From contig JALMLS010000255.1 of the NCBI GenBank assembly GCA_038496445.1, positions 310,001-374,000 on the forward strand: a stretch of DNA of 64,000 nt. The letters run 5' to 3'. The stretch is from Trichosphaerium sp. ATCC 40318. Taxonomy: Eukaryota; Protista; Tubulinea. The translations under genes were made by a program, and so were the position numbers. The notes under the pieces are model-generated. The model was not told where the DNA came from, made no database searches, and was given only the letters and a program-made list of their open reading frames with translations. This document shows, piece by piece, positions 52,133-64,000 of the stretch (positions within the stretch are counted from its first letter, which is position 1; every line of letters starts with the position of its first letter).

Positions 52133-55100
52133 ATGTCTGGTAGTCGCGAAAGCGACTCTACGACCTACAGTAATGATGTTGAAATGAAAAAACAAGATAA
52201 CTCCGCATCAGCTCGAGGTGGCAATGTAGCTACTTTACACGCCAAAACAAGCAAAAGAAACGTGTCTAATGATGAATCAGAAGAAGTATCGGTAACGAAG
52301 AGACCTTTTTGTTGATAAAAGTATTAACATTCGGTTCTGTAAATAGGATATTGTTATATCCGTTAACAGCAGTTATTTGGATTTAGAAGGAGCAGGAGTA
52401 AGTATTGAGAATGTAAGCTACGACTCTATCCATACAGTGTCTGGTACGCCTTTTTTTAATATCTAATATTGAGACTGTCCCTCTAGGAGGATTCTGCACG
52501 TCTAGAGTGGTTCGGGAAAGGTAACAATTTTCTGTCTAACCAAAAACAACTTTTTTGGGACAAAATCAATCTGATTAATTTCAAGCGTTTTACGTGATAT
52601 TACAGTCGTTCTTAAACAAGGAGAAATGACAGCTGTTCTTGGCGGACCTATGAGCGGGAAAACTAGTTTATTCGATATTCTAGCTAGACATCGTCCTGAC
52701 GATGTAATAGGTATAGTGTCCGACGAGCACAAAACTATTTATTTGATGTTTTTTTTTTCGAAAAACACAAAAAGTTCAAGTTGTGTTTACTTTTTCTGTT
52801 TAGGAGATGTTAACATACACCCTTCTCCAAATAAAAAGTATCATCACCGGGTATTTTCGTATGCTCCTCAAGGAAACATTCACCGGCCTTTCCTTACTGT
52901 TGAAGAAACGTTGTCTTTTGCAGCAACTCTTCAAGGCATTCCATCAGGTAACTTTTTGTTTCATCTTTGAAATGTAAAAGTTGACCCGCTTTTAGAAAAA
53001 GTAAAATCTACTGTCAGGGCTATTATGAAGATGCTTCGTATTAATCATGCTTCTGATACAATCATTGGTGATTCGTTTTACCGGGGTATCTCGGGTGGTG
53101 AAAAGCGTCGTGTTACAATAGGTGCAGCTCTTGCAAAGGAAGCCAACTTTTTTATGTTTGATGAACCAACAACCGGTACAAAATCACGTTTCTCTTTGCA
53201 CTCTTTACTTACATGATACAGGTCTTGATGCTGCAGTTGCTTACGAACTGTCAAAGAGTTTAATGGAACTTTGTAAAGCTACAGGAACACCAATATTATG
53301 TACATTGCTACAACCATCTCAAGAAGTATTGGCTTTGTATGATAACTTGGTTATCATCACAGAAGTACGTGATAGGTCAACGATGTTCTTTGTACTAACT
53401 CTAGAAAAAAAAAGGGAGAAATAGCTTACTGGGGACCAACAACACAGGCCATCGATTACTTTGACAATCTAGGTTATAAGCGTCCTAAAGCTTACAATGA
53501 CGCCGAATTTTTATCTCAAGTTACAGATCATCCCGATGTCTTTTTGAGTCATGACGCCTTGAGCTCAAATGTTGTTCGTAACAGAGAAGATTTTGTTGAG
53601 GCATACAATAAATCTAAACTGAAGAAGACGATGGCACGTCATAAAAAGAGCACTTGCTTTAGAAAACCTTCAAAACTTACTTTTTTTCCAGCGTAAAACT
53701 ACAAAAGAAGTTATATCTGAAGCTTCTGATCAAACTGCTCCTTCCTTCAAGTCAAAATATGCGTCATCTTTCTTGACACAGTACTTTATGCTACTTAAAA
53801 GACGTTTTAAGGAACTCTACATGGACTGGATAAACGTTTCGCTCATGTTTGCATGCTACCTTGGTACTTTATCTTTGAAATTTCTTGGAAGACAGTCAAT
53901 CTAATCAAGTTATCTATTACAGGTATTGGCTTGTTTCTTGGTTTTTTCTTTTGGGATATGGGCACAGAACAAGTCGATATTACAGTTAGGTATGTAGATT
54001 TCAGCAGTTTTGTGACAGATACAAGTACTTACCAATCAATTTAGGATTGGTGCTTTCTATATTTTATTGATTATGACAACTTTTATTTCGATCGCTTTTT
54101 ACGAACCGACTGTCATGTATCGACATCAATTCATTCATGAGAGACAGCAAAAGTACGTAGTATAATATTATCATCGGCGTGTATTCATTGTTACTAATAT
54201 TGTCGTAGCTTGTATAGTGTTTTTGCGTTTTTTATGAGTGAGTTCACTTATATGATAGTATTAACAATAATTGATGCTGCTTTGATTGTTGGACCATTCT
54301 ATTGGCTAGCTGGATTTCAACGTGATGTAGGTCGCTTCTTTTTTACCTATCTATTGATACTCACATACCGTATCGCTATCGGAGGTACGAAATAAGATAA
54401 GTACAATGTGACAATGCTAACTTTATGTGAAAAGGTACATTGAATTCTGCCATTTATTTGGTTGAAAAAGACATATCAATTTTATTGGTTGCTGTACGTT
54501 CATTGCATCACAAGGCATTTTTTGTGACTTTAATTTTTAGATGTGGATTTGGCCTATCATGATGTTGTTCGGAGGATTCTTAATTGCAGAGGGAGACGCG
54601 CCAGCTTATCTCAATTGGCTGTTTTGGATCAACCCTTGGTAAGGAATTTTAGACATCAATTACACAGCCTTTTCATTTTATTGCTGACTTTACCTTAGGT
54701 TCTACGCTAATGAGGCCTTGGCAATCAACGAATTCCTTGGTTTGGACATTCAATGTGCATCAAGCGAACTTATGCCTCCTTCCAATATTCCCCTATTTAA
54801 CGCCTCAGCTGCTGATGGTGAGATATCTTTTTTTTGAATCAATACAAGAAGTTGCTAATGCGCTATTTTATAGGTGGTTGGGAAAGTAATCAGTTATGTC
54901 CGTTTACTACTGGAGAACAAGTATTAGAGAGCAGAGGATTTCATACTGACGTAGAGTAAGTGTGCGATTCTAACAAGTTTTTTCCTAAATTTTTCTGATA
55001 GGTATAAATGGTACTACTTTCTTGCTGTTCTCGGGTTTGCTGTTGCATACAATGTTGTTGTGTACATGCTTATGAGATTCTGGAAAACTGAAAAACATCA

Positions 55101-57536
55101 TATCCCTGCTGTCGATGGTACATACTTAAATAGGAGTCCCTCTAGTGGTAGTACTTCTAACTTGTGCGTTTTAGACAAGCTACCTTTGGAACGAGTTGCA
55201 ACACAGGATGCTATCCACGATCAGTTATTCGACATCAATGGTGTTGCATTGTCTTGGTCTTCTGTTGGTTTAGAGCTGCCAAGTGGAAAGCGCAAACATA
55301 TTATAGAAGATATTTCTGGTTGTGTAACACCAGGAATGGTCCTTGCTTTGATGGTAAGCAAAAAACATCATAGTAAGTTTTTTAACACTTTTTTTAAGGG
55401 ACCATCAGGTGCTGGAAAGTCAACACTTATGGACATCCTCACAGAGCGTAAAACCTTTGGTAAAATAAGAGGCGATATTCTCGTCAACGGTGATTCTAAG
55501 CCACCAAATTTTAAGCAAATCATTGGATACGTTGAACAAGATGACTTCATCTTCTCGAACCAAACAGTACGTTTTTTTCTGAAAACTAAGCACTCGTACC
55601 TCAAAACTTATTCAGCTTGTATAGATTCTGGAAGCCCTTGAGTTTTCAGCTCAGATTAGACTACCTGAATCCACTACGGAAGCCGAAAGGACTGATATTG
55701 TGAACAAAGTTATGAGTTTGCTTGATTTAACTAAAATATCCGGTTCAATTGTTGGATTCAAAGGCTCTGGTTTAAGTAAAGAAGAGTTAAAGAGAGTTGC
55801 TATAGCTGTGGAGCTTGTGGCTATGCCTAAAATCTTATTCGTTGATGAACCTACCTCTGGTAAGCAGTGAATCGACATTTCTTACAATCTTTGCTAATGT
55901 CGTTGTTGCAGGGCTGGACTCTTACGGTGCTGAGTTTGTCATGAATGCCATTCAGAAGATTGCGAAAGCAGGTTGTTCTGTAGTTTGCGTAATTCATCAA
56001 CCTTCAAAACGTGTGTTTGAGCTATGTACTGATTTACTGTTGTTGAATCAATTCGGAAAACAAATCTATTTTGGAAAAATTGGAAAAAGATGTAGAACCG
56101 TTCTTAAATACTGGAGAGATCTAGGATACAAGGTACGATAGTTATCTTCATTTGTGTATCATCTGACATTGTTATATAGATAAGCAAAGATTTGAATCCT
56201 GCCGATGTAGTGCTAACAATTGCAACTGGGTTGTATCAACCTGAAAACAATGTTGATGCTGTGTCTGTTTTTAAAAACTCTGAAGAGTTCACAGCTACTG
56301 ATAACGCCATACAGGATATTAAAACAGATTATACTCCTTTATCAAAGAATACGCCATGGTTCAAAGCTAGCTTCATGAGACAACTAAAGGTAAACAAAGA
56401 ACACTAAATAGAAATTGGAGTTTTTTTGCTGACTTTTTTTTTAGGCTTGTACCAAAAGGTGGTCTCTTGCAACATCGAGGACTGGTCGCGAAATCTGGCT
56501 TGAGATCATAAGAACTATCACCATCGGTACCTGTTTATTCCTTTCATTAGTTATGGAGAAGAAGCTAATATAACCTTCAGGTGTATTGCTTGGTTTTGTT
56601 TTCCTTAACACAACGAATAATCAAGCTGGCATTAACCAACGTGTCACAATCTTGTTCTTTGCTATTCTTTATCCAAATATAAAAGCGTACGTTATTGATT
56701 CTCTCCCTTCACTATCACACTTTGTATGCTCCCTTATTTATTCATTCCTTAGATACGCAACAATGCCAAATGTGTTTGAAGCAAGGAGAATATATTACCA
56801 TGAGAGAAGAAGCGAGCAATACAATGTATTCGCATTCACAATCGGTATTCTTCTTACAGATCTACCATTTATACTTTCCGAGACTGTTTTCTTCTTCACA
56901 GTACCATACGTACTTGTTGGTCTAGGTGATACTGCTGCAACTTTCCTATTCTTCTTGTTGTGCGCAGTTATATACTCGTTGTCTTTGTTTCAATTCGCTA
57001 GACTACTTGGTAAGTCAACGGACAATGAGCACATTTGTACTTGCTTTTTTCTGACTTTACTTTTTTAGCTTTTGCTATGCCTACGAACCAGCTTGCGAAT
57101 ATATTCTTCGCAGCAATGTTCATTAGTTTCGCTCTTGTTTCTGGTATCTTTGTACCATACGATGATCAACATCCGTGGTTTTCATGGATGTTTTGGATAT
57201 CATTTATTCGATACGGTTTTGAACCTCTTGTCATTAACGAAATGCAAGACAAAGTATTCATCTGTGACCCCGATGAACGTACGCAAGAAAGGTTTATTAA
57301 CTTATCCCTCTTATTAATTACTTGTAGTGCTTCAGTTCAACTTTACATCAAGTATAAATAACGCTTCGATATCACGTGCTATTTGTCCAATAACAAATGG
57401 TAATCAATTTATTGAGGCACTCGATTTCGACTCTGATTGGTTGTGGATTGGTGTTGGTCTTAATTTAATATCCTTCCTTATATACTTTACAAATGGAAGT
57501 CTTATATTACGTTATGTCGATTGGACAAGACGTTAA
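52133..57536 (+). CDS. Full-size ABCG (PDR-type NBD-TMD x2) transporter
   Basis: NBD1 GGPMSGKTS, ISGGEKRRV, FDEPTT|GLD; NBD2 GPSGAGKSTL, GYVEQDD, degenerate LSKEELKRV, VDEPTS|GLD; two ABC2-type TMDs. Confidence 0.93.
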
Positions 57537-57777
57537 AACGATGATTTAAAAAACATCAAAAAAAGAAAAAAAGAAATTGTACAGACAGTTAAATAAACAG
57601 CAAAGTTTAATATATGCCTCTTTTGATTAACTCTACCGCTTAGTCAGTATGGTTGTGTGATATCTAATAGATGATTGGCGTATTTTCGAGGTGTCGCGAT
57701 GTTTCAACGCAATTCAAATAATGGCTTCAATATTTCTGTAACATGTGGTTAAAAGTCCATTTGTGCTGATTGATGCT

Positions 57778-59659
57778 ATGGCCGCAGAGCTTTTATTGAC
57801 TTGCTTGGGTTTCAAGAGCGCGTTAGAGTCTGTAGAACATCTTTCGTTATCACCTGCTTACATTGTACCAATACAATACTCAAAGCTTATAGGTGCGTTA
57901 CATTAGGCGGTTGTAGGTGGCTGAAATTGTTTAGGTAAAGCATGTAGTAAATGCGAAACTATATTAATAAAAGAGAGCGGTAATAACACACTACACTATT
58001 GTCTGGCGCGTGAAGCTCAACAACACATTTTTAAAACAGTTCGCGCCATTAACGATACGTCACCGTTGATAACAATATCTGAGCAACTCCATGAACTGAA
58101 GCCTCTCGCAGAGTGGATTTTAGGTAATTAATGAAGCTTCTACACGAAAAAAACTCGCTAACGCGTTTAGACATACCAAAGGATGCTGGAATGATAATAC
58201 CGTACATTACGCAGACTATAACCAACACTGACATGTCAAAATCATGGCAAGCGCAAATCTACGACTTGTACATCCAATACTGCGCTGGTTGGACCCTAAG
58301 CGCGCTTTTCAACCCCGACGAACATTTTAGCCTTACTCTAGAGAAAACAGGCTTTAAAGTACCGCCAATCGTACATGATATACGTAAATTTATCGTAGCA
58401 TCAAGGTATAGTCGTTTATCGCCGTTTTTAAGCGTATAATTAATAGTTAAAAGGCAAACAGAGGAATTTGACGTCCACGCCGAAATAGTGCTTTGTAAGG
58501 AAATTAAAGTTGCTCTGAGGACTGATTGGGATGCGTTGTATACTCCTAACCTAATTAGAATTAAAGAAACGCTTGGCAAGAGATTATACAACCATATTTT
58601 AAACAATGATTTAAAAGATATTCTTGTAGACATACACGATATTGTCTTCATGACAAAGGGGTATATCTTTGCTGATTTATATACAGAGTTTGGTATTTGG
58701 TTTACTTTTGATAATCAGCCAAATGAAAAAGTGTTACAACGCATGTCAGGAGCATTACATGGAAAATTACCGGAAACAGTTGTAAAAAGTCATTTGTGGA
58801 GATTTGGCCTTTGTAATCAGCAACAGGGACAAGATTCGTCTTCTTGGCGGCATGTATGTGTTTATCCTTCTCATGGGTTCCCAATAAACATGTTACTTGA
58901 TGAAGAAGTCATGGAATGGTAAGCAGGTGATTTTAAAAACAAATTCTTATTTTTTTCTTAAAAGGTTAAAGCAGATTTCTGCGTTGTTACAAACTATTTT
59001 TCGCTTGAATATTGTCCTTTCACGATCATGGTTTGAAAAAGGTGCTGTTGGGAGTAGAGCAAGCAAGTAAGAATCCTTTATGTTAAAGAAAATTGAGTTC
59101 GCTGGTTTTTTGGCATTGACGTTATTCTTACTTTTTTCTTTTGTAGTCCGGAAGCTTTACTTCGATGGGAGTTTACTCATCTCCTCAATACATTACATAG
59201 TTACATACAAGTGGATGTTATAAAGACAATGAAGCAAAAGTTAGAACAAAGGTTACTCTCTGTGAGTGATATAGCATCGTACAAGAAAATCTATACCGAG
59301 TTTTTGGATGATATGTGCCTTCGTATGTTCATTAGCAAAAAGAGTCCCATTTCAAAGGCAATCGATGCATTGTTGAGGTACATAAGGCTTTTTAGTGTGA
59401 AAAACCCCGTGTTTTAGCGTTGTCTTTTTTGAAGTATCACGTGCTCATTTCTTAATTTAGTTTATGCCATACGTTTTTATCTATGCAACGTAAGAGCACA
59501 TCCAACATAGGAGATTTTGTATTACTCCAGCGTACTTTCACTCAACAAACGAGGTTTTTGTTCAGAATTTTAAGCAAAACTCAAGGTCAAGCAACTTATT
59601 TATCAAATTTCTTGGTTAAATTAGACTACAATTCGTTTTTCTTGCGCGAACATCAATAA
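57778..59659 (+). CDS. Divergent gamma-tubulin complex component (Spc97/Spc98 family, GCP4-like)
   Basis: LKDILVDIHDIVFMTKGYIF, SWRHVCVYPSHGFPINMLL, LLNTLHSYIQVDVI and C-terminal FLVKLDYNSFF (GRIP2 end motif). Confidence 0.75.
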
Positions 59660-60901
59660 TTACATGTAAATAAACCAATACTCTTTGTAACAGAAAAAAA
59701 AGCAAGGCGGACTTACTCCTTTATCACGGAAACCCTTACTTACTTCTTTGTCACAACCGTACTTACGACAATTGTATTCGATGTTCTACCAGAACCAAGC
59801 CATATCCTGGATTTAGATTACCGAATACGCTAACTACCCTGACGCAAGGTAACAGCCAAACAAGTGCCTGTTCTAGAGGTCAACACGGCGCCACTTAGAA
59901 TTAGAGTCCGATGTTGACAAGGTGTAGACTACCCGTTCACTGAAATATCTAATTTAATTACCCAAATATGGATAATGCACATTTGCAAAACGCCATAAAC
60001 CCTTGCATTAGGTATTTTCGTGTGTTGAGAAGCGTTTCGGGAATGTTTTATTTTACTACGTTTGCCACTTGGAGCACAAGATGAAATCTTGGTTTTTTTT
60101 GTCTGAAGTCAATGGACATTCGTTGTTGACAGGAACGGCGAAAATCGCTAATCACGCTTATAAAACGAGGTGATAATAGCTGTAAACACCAAATAGAGAT
60201 AAATAAAGGCAGTTTGAGAAAAAAACGGTTCGTTTTTTGTTTCTATTTATACACAATACGCGTGGACGCTATAAAATAGAGTGAAGGCAAGTATGAGAGC
60301 GTTTTGGGATCCGCTAGTATTTATTAGAGCACTTTCAACAACGAAAAAGCTACGCATAGCTTGTGAACAACAAACAAATTATACTGCTTTTGTTTTTTGT
60401 TCAAACCCATAGCCTTAGCACATAACATGTATGCAGTGAGCTATGAGAGTCACATCGGTATTGTAAGTACCGTGAAAACTCAATATTTTCATTCAATGGG
60501 TTCAGTCTTACAACCGTGTAGCCTAATATAGCATAAAAGAAGAAAGACTTCAAGACACAAAAAAAAAAAAAAAGAAAAAAAATACCAAACACAAAAAATT
60601 TTGTGTAGTGTGTGCCCCTAGAAGTTGCTTCTCTTTACCCCTTGTAGTTGGGTCTTCTACCACATAAGCCACCTATGTAAAATGCGTAAAAAACATGGCA
60701 TAGGCAGTGGTAATCGACTTGCTCGAGCACCTCCTGTCTGAGGTGGTACAATTGTGTCTCTGTAACTACAGAACACTTTGTGAAGGATAGAAAAGGGCAA
60801 GTTTAGCTTGTCTCTTAGTACATCCGCCAATGACACTACTCATTGGTTGTTGAGTGAGTGGCAATACAGTTTTAATGCTGTGTCCACTCTGAGAATGGGT
60901 T

Positions 60902-61177
60902 CTCTTCTATCATTATAACGCACATTTTGAGGCGTAGAAATGTTAATCGAGACCTCCAGTCATAAAGTTGAAGCCCACAGTGGGCGACAACTATCTGTGC
61001 ATGAACATACGTGCTCTTCTATCATTATAACACTCATTTGAAGTGTAGAAATGCTAATCGAGACCTCCAGTCATGAAGTTGAAGCCCACAGTGGGCGACA
61101 ACTATCTATCTATGTATGAACATATGTCCTCTTATATCATTATAACACTCATTTGAAGTGTAGAAATGCTAATCGAG
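60902..61177. repeat. Internal tandem array, ~112-115-bp unit x ~2.5, in repeat copy 2
   Basis: CTCTTCTATCATTATAAC... at ~60902, ~61014 and (variant) ~61129; dyad GCCCACAGTGGGC in each full unit. Confidence 0.9.
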
Positions 61178-61666
61178 TCACAGGTTCATAACTTTGGCAG
61201 GTACCCTAAGAGGTGCCATGTCATCCAGCAGCTCAACAAGTTTTACCCAACAAGGAAAGGCACATGTCCAAGTACTTGTGGGGGATAGACATCGATGTGT
61301 CTCAAGAATTAATTGATGGAAAGGCACCCAAGCCAAGTACATCAATTAGGGAGAGAAGGATGGCATTATAAAGGTATGTAATTGAAGCCCTCAGTGGGCA
61401 ACAAAATCACATAAATGTATGACTGACCAATGTTTTTTAGGAGAGTAGATATGGTATTGGAGTTCTGGTTCAATACACAGGTGAAGCCAACTTGGGTAAG
61501 GATGTTTAGGTTGGTACCAAGATTTTGGCAAGGCAGGTTCTAGTTGAGGTATTCAAAGTCGTGATTATAAGTTTATTGTTAGCTAACTTGTACCCTAGGA
61601 ATTGACATGCACAGCAATGTACAAGGGCTTGTCCCTGTATGTTGCAGAGAATAAACACATTCAATA

Positions 61667-62117
61667 CATTTTACCTCCAAAGGGAACAATACTCTTAAGT
61701 ACCTTGGAGGGATGGCACTGAATATGCTACACATCCGACCACAACGAAAGTTGGGGCACCATATATATACGGTTACGTTTGACAGAGAACAGGGTTACCC
61801 CCAAGTATCATACCAAACGTATTACCCAACGTGTGTCGGCACTGAGTAGTGTATTCAAATTGCTATCTAAAATGTTATTGTGCTGTATGTGTTTATTCTC
61901 TCATTTTACCTCCAAAGGGAACAATACTCTTAAGTACCTTGGAGGGATAGCACTGAATATGCTACACATCCGACCACAACGAAAGTTGGGGCACCATATA
62001 TATACGGTTATGTTTGACAGAGAACAGGGTTACCCCCAAGTATCATACCAAACGTATTACCCAACGTGTGTCGGCACTGAGTAGTGTATTCAATTGTTAT
62101 CTAAAATGTTATTGTGC
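61667..62117. repeat. Internal tandem duplication, ~235-bp unit x ~2, in repeat copy 2
   Basis: CATTTTACCTCCAAAGGGAACAATACTCTTAAGTACCTTGGAGGGAT at ~61667 and ~61902; the two units are nearly identical. Confidence 0.92.
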
Positions 62118-62609
62118 AAGTGTAGGGAAAGGAGCAATTCAGTACTTGGTTTCACTTGCTTGCTTGTAGCTTGTTGTGAAACTTATGCCTGTAATTTCAA
62201 AAGAGTAACGGTTGGTATGCGGCCACTATATAAGAGCTTCAGTATTTTTCAGTAGAACTTCTTTCAATCACCTAGCGGTGGACTTTTAGAACTTAATCAC
62301 TTCTGAAGTTTCGAGTTTCCCCGTGCCTACTGCAGAGGTGAGGGTGCTTGGTTGGGGAAGGAAAATGTTTAATACTGCTGTGAGTAAACATCCAATGCCA
62401 AAACGACTCTTTGAATTTACCAGGTATAGTCAAGTATTGACTGCAACTTTCTCTATTTTAACAGTACAGTCCATCAAAGTAGATGGTGTCCTGATCACTT
62501 AACCACACCAAACATTTGTTTTGGTGCTAGTCCAAGTGTCAAGCCTTAGTGAGCTCCATTCTTAAGAATGTCAATCCCACTGTAGATAAATAAAATAACA
62601 GTTTTTTAT

Positions 62610-62920
62610 CTTTAACCACTTTGTTCATTTACCTTCCTTTTTGTCGTCCTTAAAATAGCACTGTTGTTTTAGTTGTACATCCTCATCATACCAGGTAAGA
62701 ATACTTGCCGGTTTTCTAACCATCCTTATACAAACACTGTTCCTTGTATTGGGTGCTTGCACACTCTTTAGTCTCCGTTTTTTCACCATCAACACACCTA
62801 GTTTGTATATACAACATATCTCATATTCCATTTATCTTGCCTTCTGTGTTAGTGCATTCGAAACAATCTCCATTCACCCTTTGTACATACACTGTGCTAC
62901 AAGTTGTCCGTTCACCCAAT
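62610..62920 (-). pseudogene. Decayed MORN2-repeat gene fragment
   Basis: Frameshifted, stop-interrupted fragments WVNGQLVAQCMYKG*, QYKEQCLYKDG*KTGKY and LTWYDEDVQLKQQCYFKDDKKEGK*TKW. Confidence 0.7.
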
Positions 62921-64000
62921 TTTACCTTAAAAACGTATTTAAAACAACACTATACTAGCGATGTTCCAAACCAATAGAATACCGATTCTATTGCCAAAAC
63001 GTAAAAAGTTGCAAATAGTCGACTCTGATTCGGTTTTCAGAGAAGAGTGACTGTTTCAACTGAAAGTAGTTGGCTTTTTTTTTAATCACCAAGTGCTTTT
63101 TTCATCAAACTCATATGTTTTAAAATGCATAGTTCTATACATAGAGTGGTTGAAAGCCTTATATTGCAACAGTGTCCTACGCTCTAGTAGGACTAGTGTC
63201 GGTATTGGAAGGAAGCGGCTTAAACAATACGACGAATGGTTTAAGCCCTTTTTTCCTTGATGTTAACAACACTTCCACTTGGTTTTTCTTTGGTATACCC
63301 GCCCTCTCACACCTATACAAATGCGCCATCAAACAGTGGAATCATCGTCAATCAACACTAAGTCGTGGTTGGCCTAACCGACACTTTTGTGCTGTTTTGT
63401 ATCACCACAAAAGTGAGAAGAATTTTTTCAAGAATAAACCAAGAAATTTTTTACGAATTTGAAAGTTGTTCATTAAAAATGATCAGAGTAATAAAAATAG
63501 TCAAAAATGCAAGTTCAGGGTGAACATAAGCGATTTACACCAATTTCGCTAGCTTTTCTAGGCTTTCGCCTCTTTTTTTGTGTTTTGGACACCTAAAGCA
63601 CGTATACAATTGTTTTACGCGTATAAATCTCTCTTTAGAGTGTTTTGGGCCTTGGTTGGCAAAATTATCTGTTTTTAGCATTAAAAGCTTCTTGTCCTCA
63701 GTCCAGGTGTGGTAACGGCATATATGGTATGATTAATACGTTCTACAAGCGTTAGACATCACCAGAGCGTGTTCAAAGCAGATATTGAACAACGTTCCTG
63801 TTTAGGCAATACTACTTAAAAGTAAAACTCGGCATTTTTGAAAGTAATTTATTGTGCGCGCACACAGTAGTTATACACTTTCATACTTTTCACACTTGAT
63901 ATATGGCGTTAAAAAAAGCGTTTACGCCTAGGTCAAATGCGTAAATAGCTCTAGGAAGATTTTTGTAAGTAGTCCTAATTAGGAAGTATATTCTGAGCCT

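Larger units (their letters stand above)
60080..62591 (+). mobile_element. Dispersed ~2.5 kb non-autonomous composite repeat, copy 2
   Basis: Reverse complement of 35931-38450; contains the same ~110-bp and ~235-bp internal arrays. Confidence 0.8.

Noticed and set aside
35931-62591. Single ~27-kb TIR-bounded element (Polinton/Maverick or endogenous virus)
   Set aside because: The interior holds ordinary intron-rich host genes (EMC3, ABCG, GCP, kinase) with no polymerase, integrase or capsid. Two independent copies of a dispersed repeat is the simpler explanation.
1-64000. Alternative genetic code explaining the fragmented ORFs
   Set aside because: In-frame stops fall inside GT/GC-AG introns, and the reconstructed genes end normally in TAA, TAG or TGA.

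Overview
Gene-dense, intron-rich eukaryotic DNA. Introns are short (mostly ~40-70 nt) with GTACGT/GTGCGT-type donors, and gene content suggests a free-living amoebozoan-type protist (inference). I reconstructed about 24 genes by joining exons manually. They include a DOCK180-type Rac GEF, cysteamine/cysteine dioxygenase, a divergent histone H3, monoacylglycerol lipase, VTC1-like protein, F-box/NHL protein, two SRPBCC proteins, a J-protein with HTD instead of HPD, a RING/TRAF zinc-finger protein, SMYD5-like SET protein, a secreted GSDH/HIPL-like beta-propeller, a STE20 kinase, an AsaB/CmcJ-like dioxygenase, EMC3, a full-size ABCG transporter and a gamma-tubulin complex component. Highlights: (1) an EDS1/PAD4-like lipase_3 domain with a Cys at the nucleophile elbow (GHCLGG) fused to a degenerate P-loop GTPase; (2) a spliced gene with two tandem RlaP-type nucleotidyltransferase domains, one intact and one degenerate; (3) intronless F-box-like/MORN2 genes resembling giant-virus proteins, plus a decayed copy; (4) two inverted copies of a ~2.5 kb non-coding composite repeat with internal tandem arrays, intron-like gene remnants and CpG decay; (5) at least 11 GC-AG introns, several micro-exons and an excess of CACGTG; (6) a STE20 kinase fused to a filamin repeat, an acidic region and a C-terminal membrane anchor. 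No rRNA, tRNA or CRISPR array was found. All family assignments come from motif recognition by eye, not database searches.
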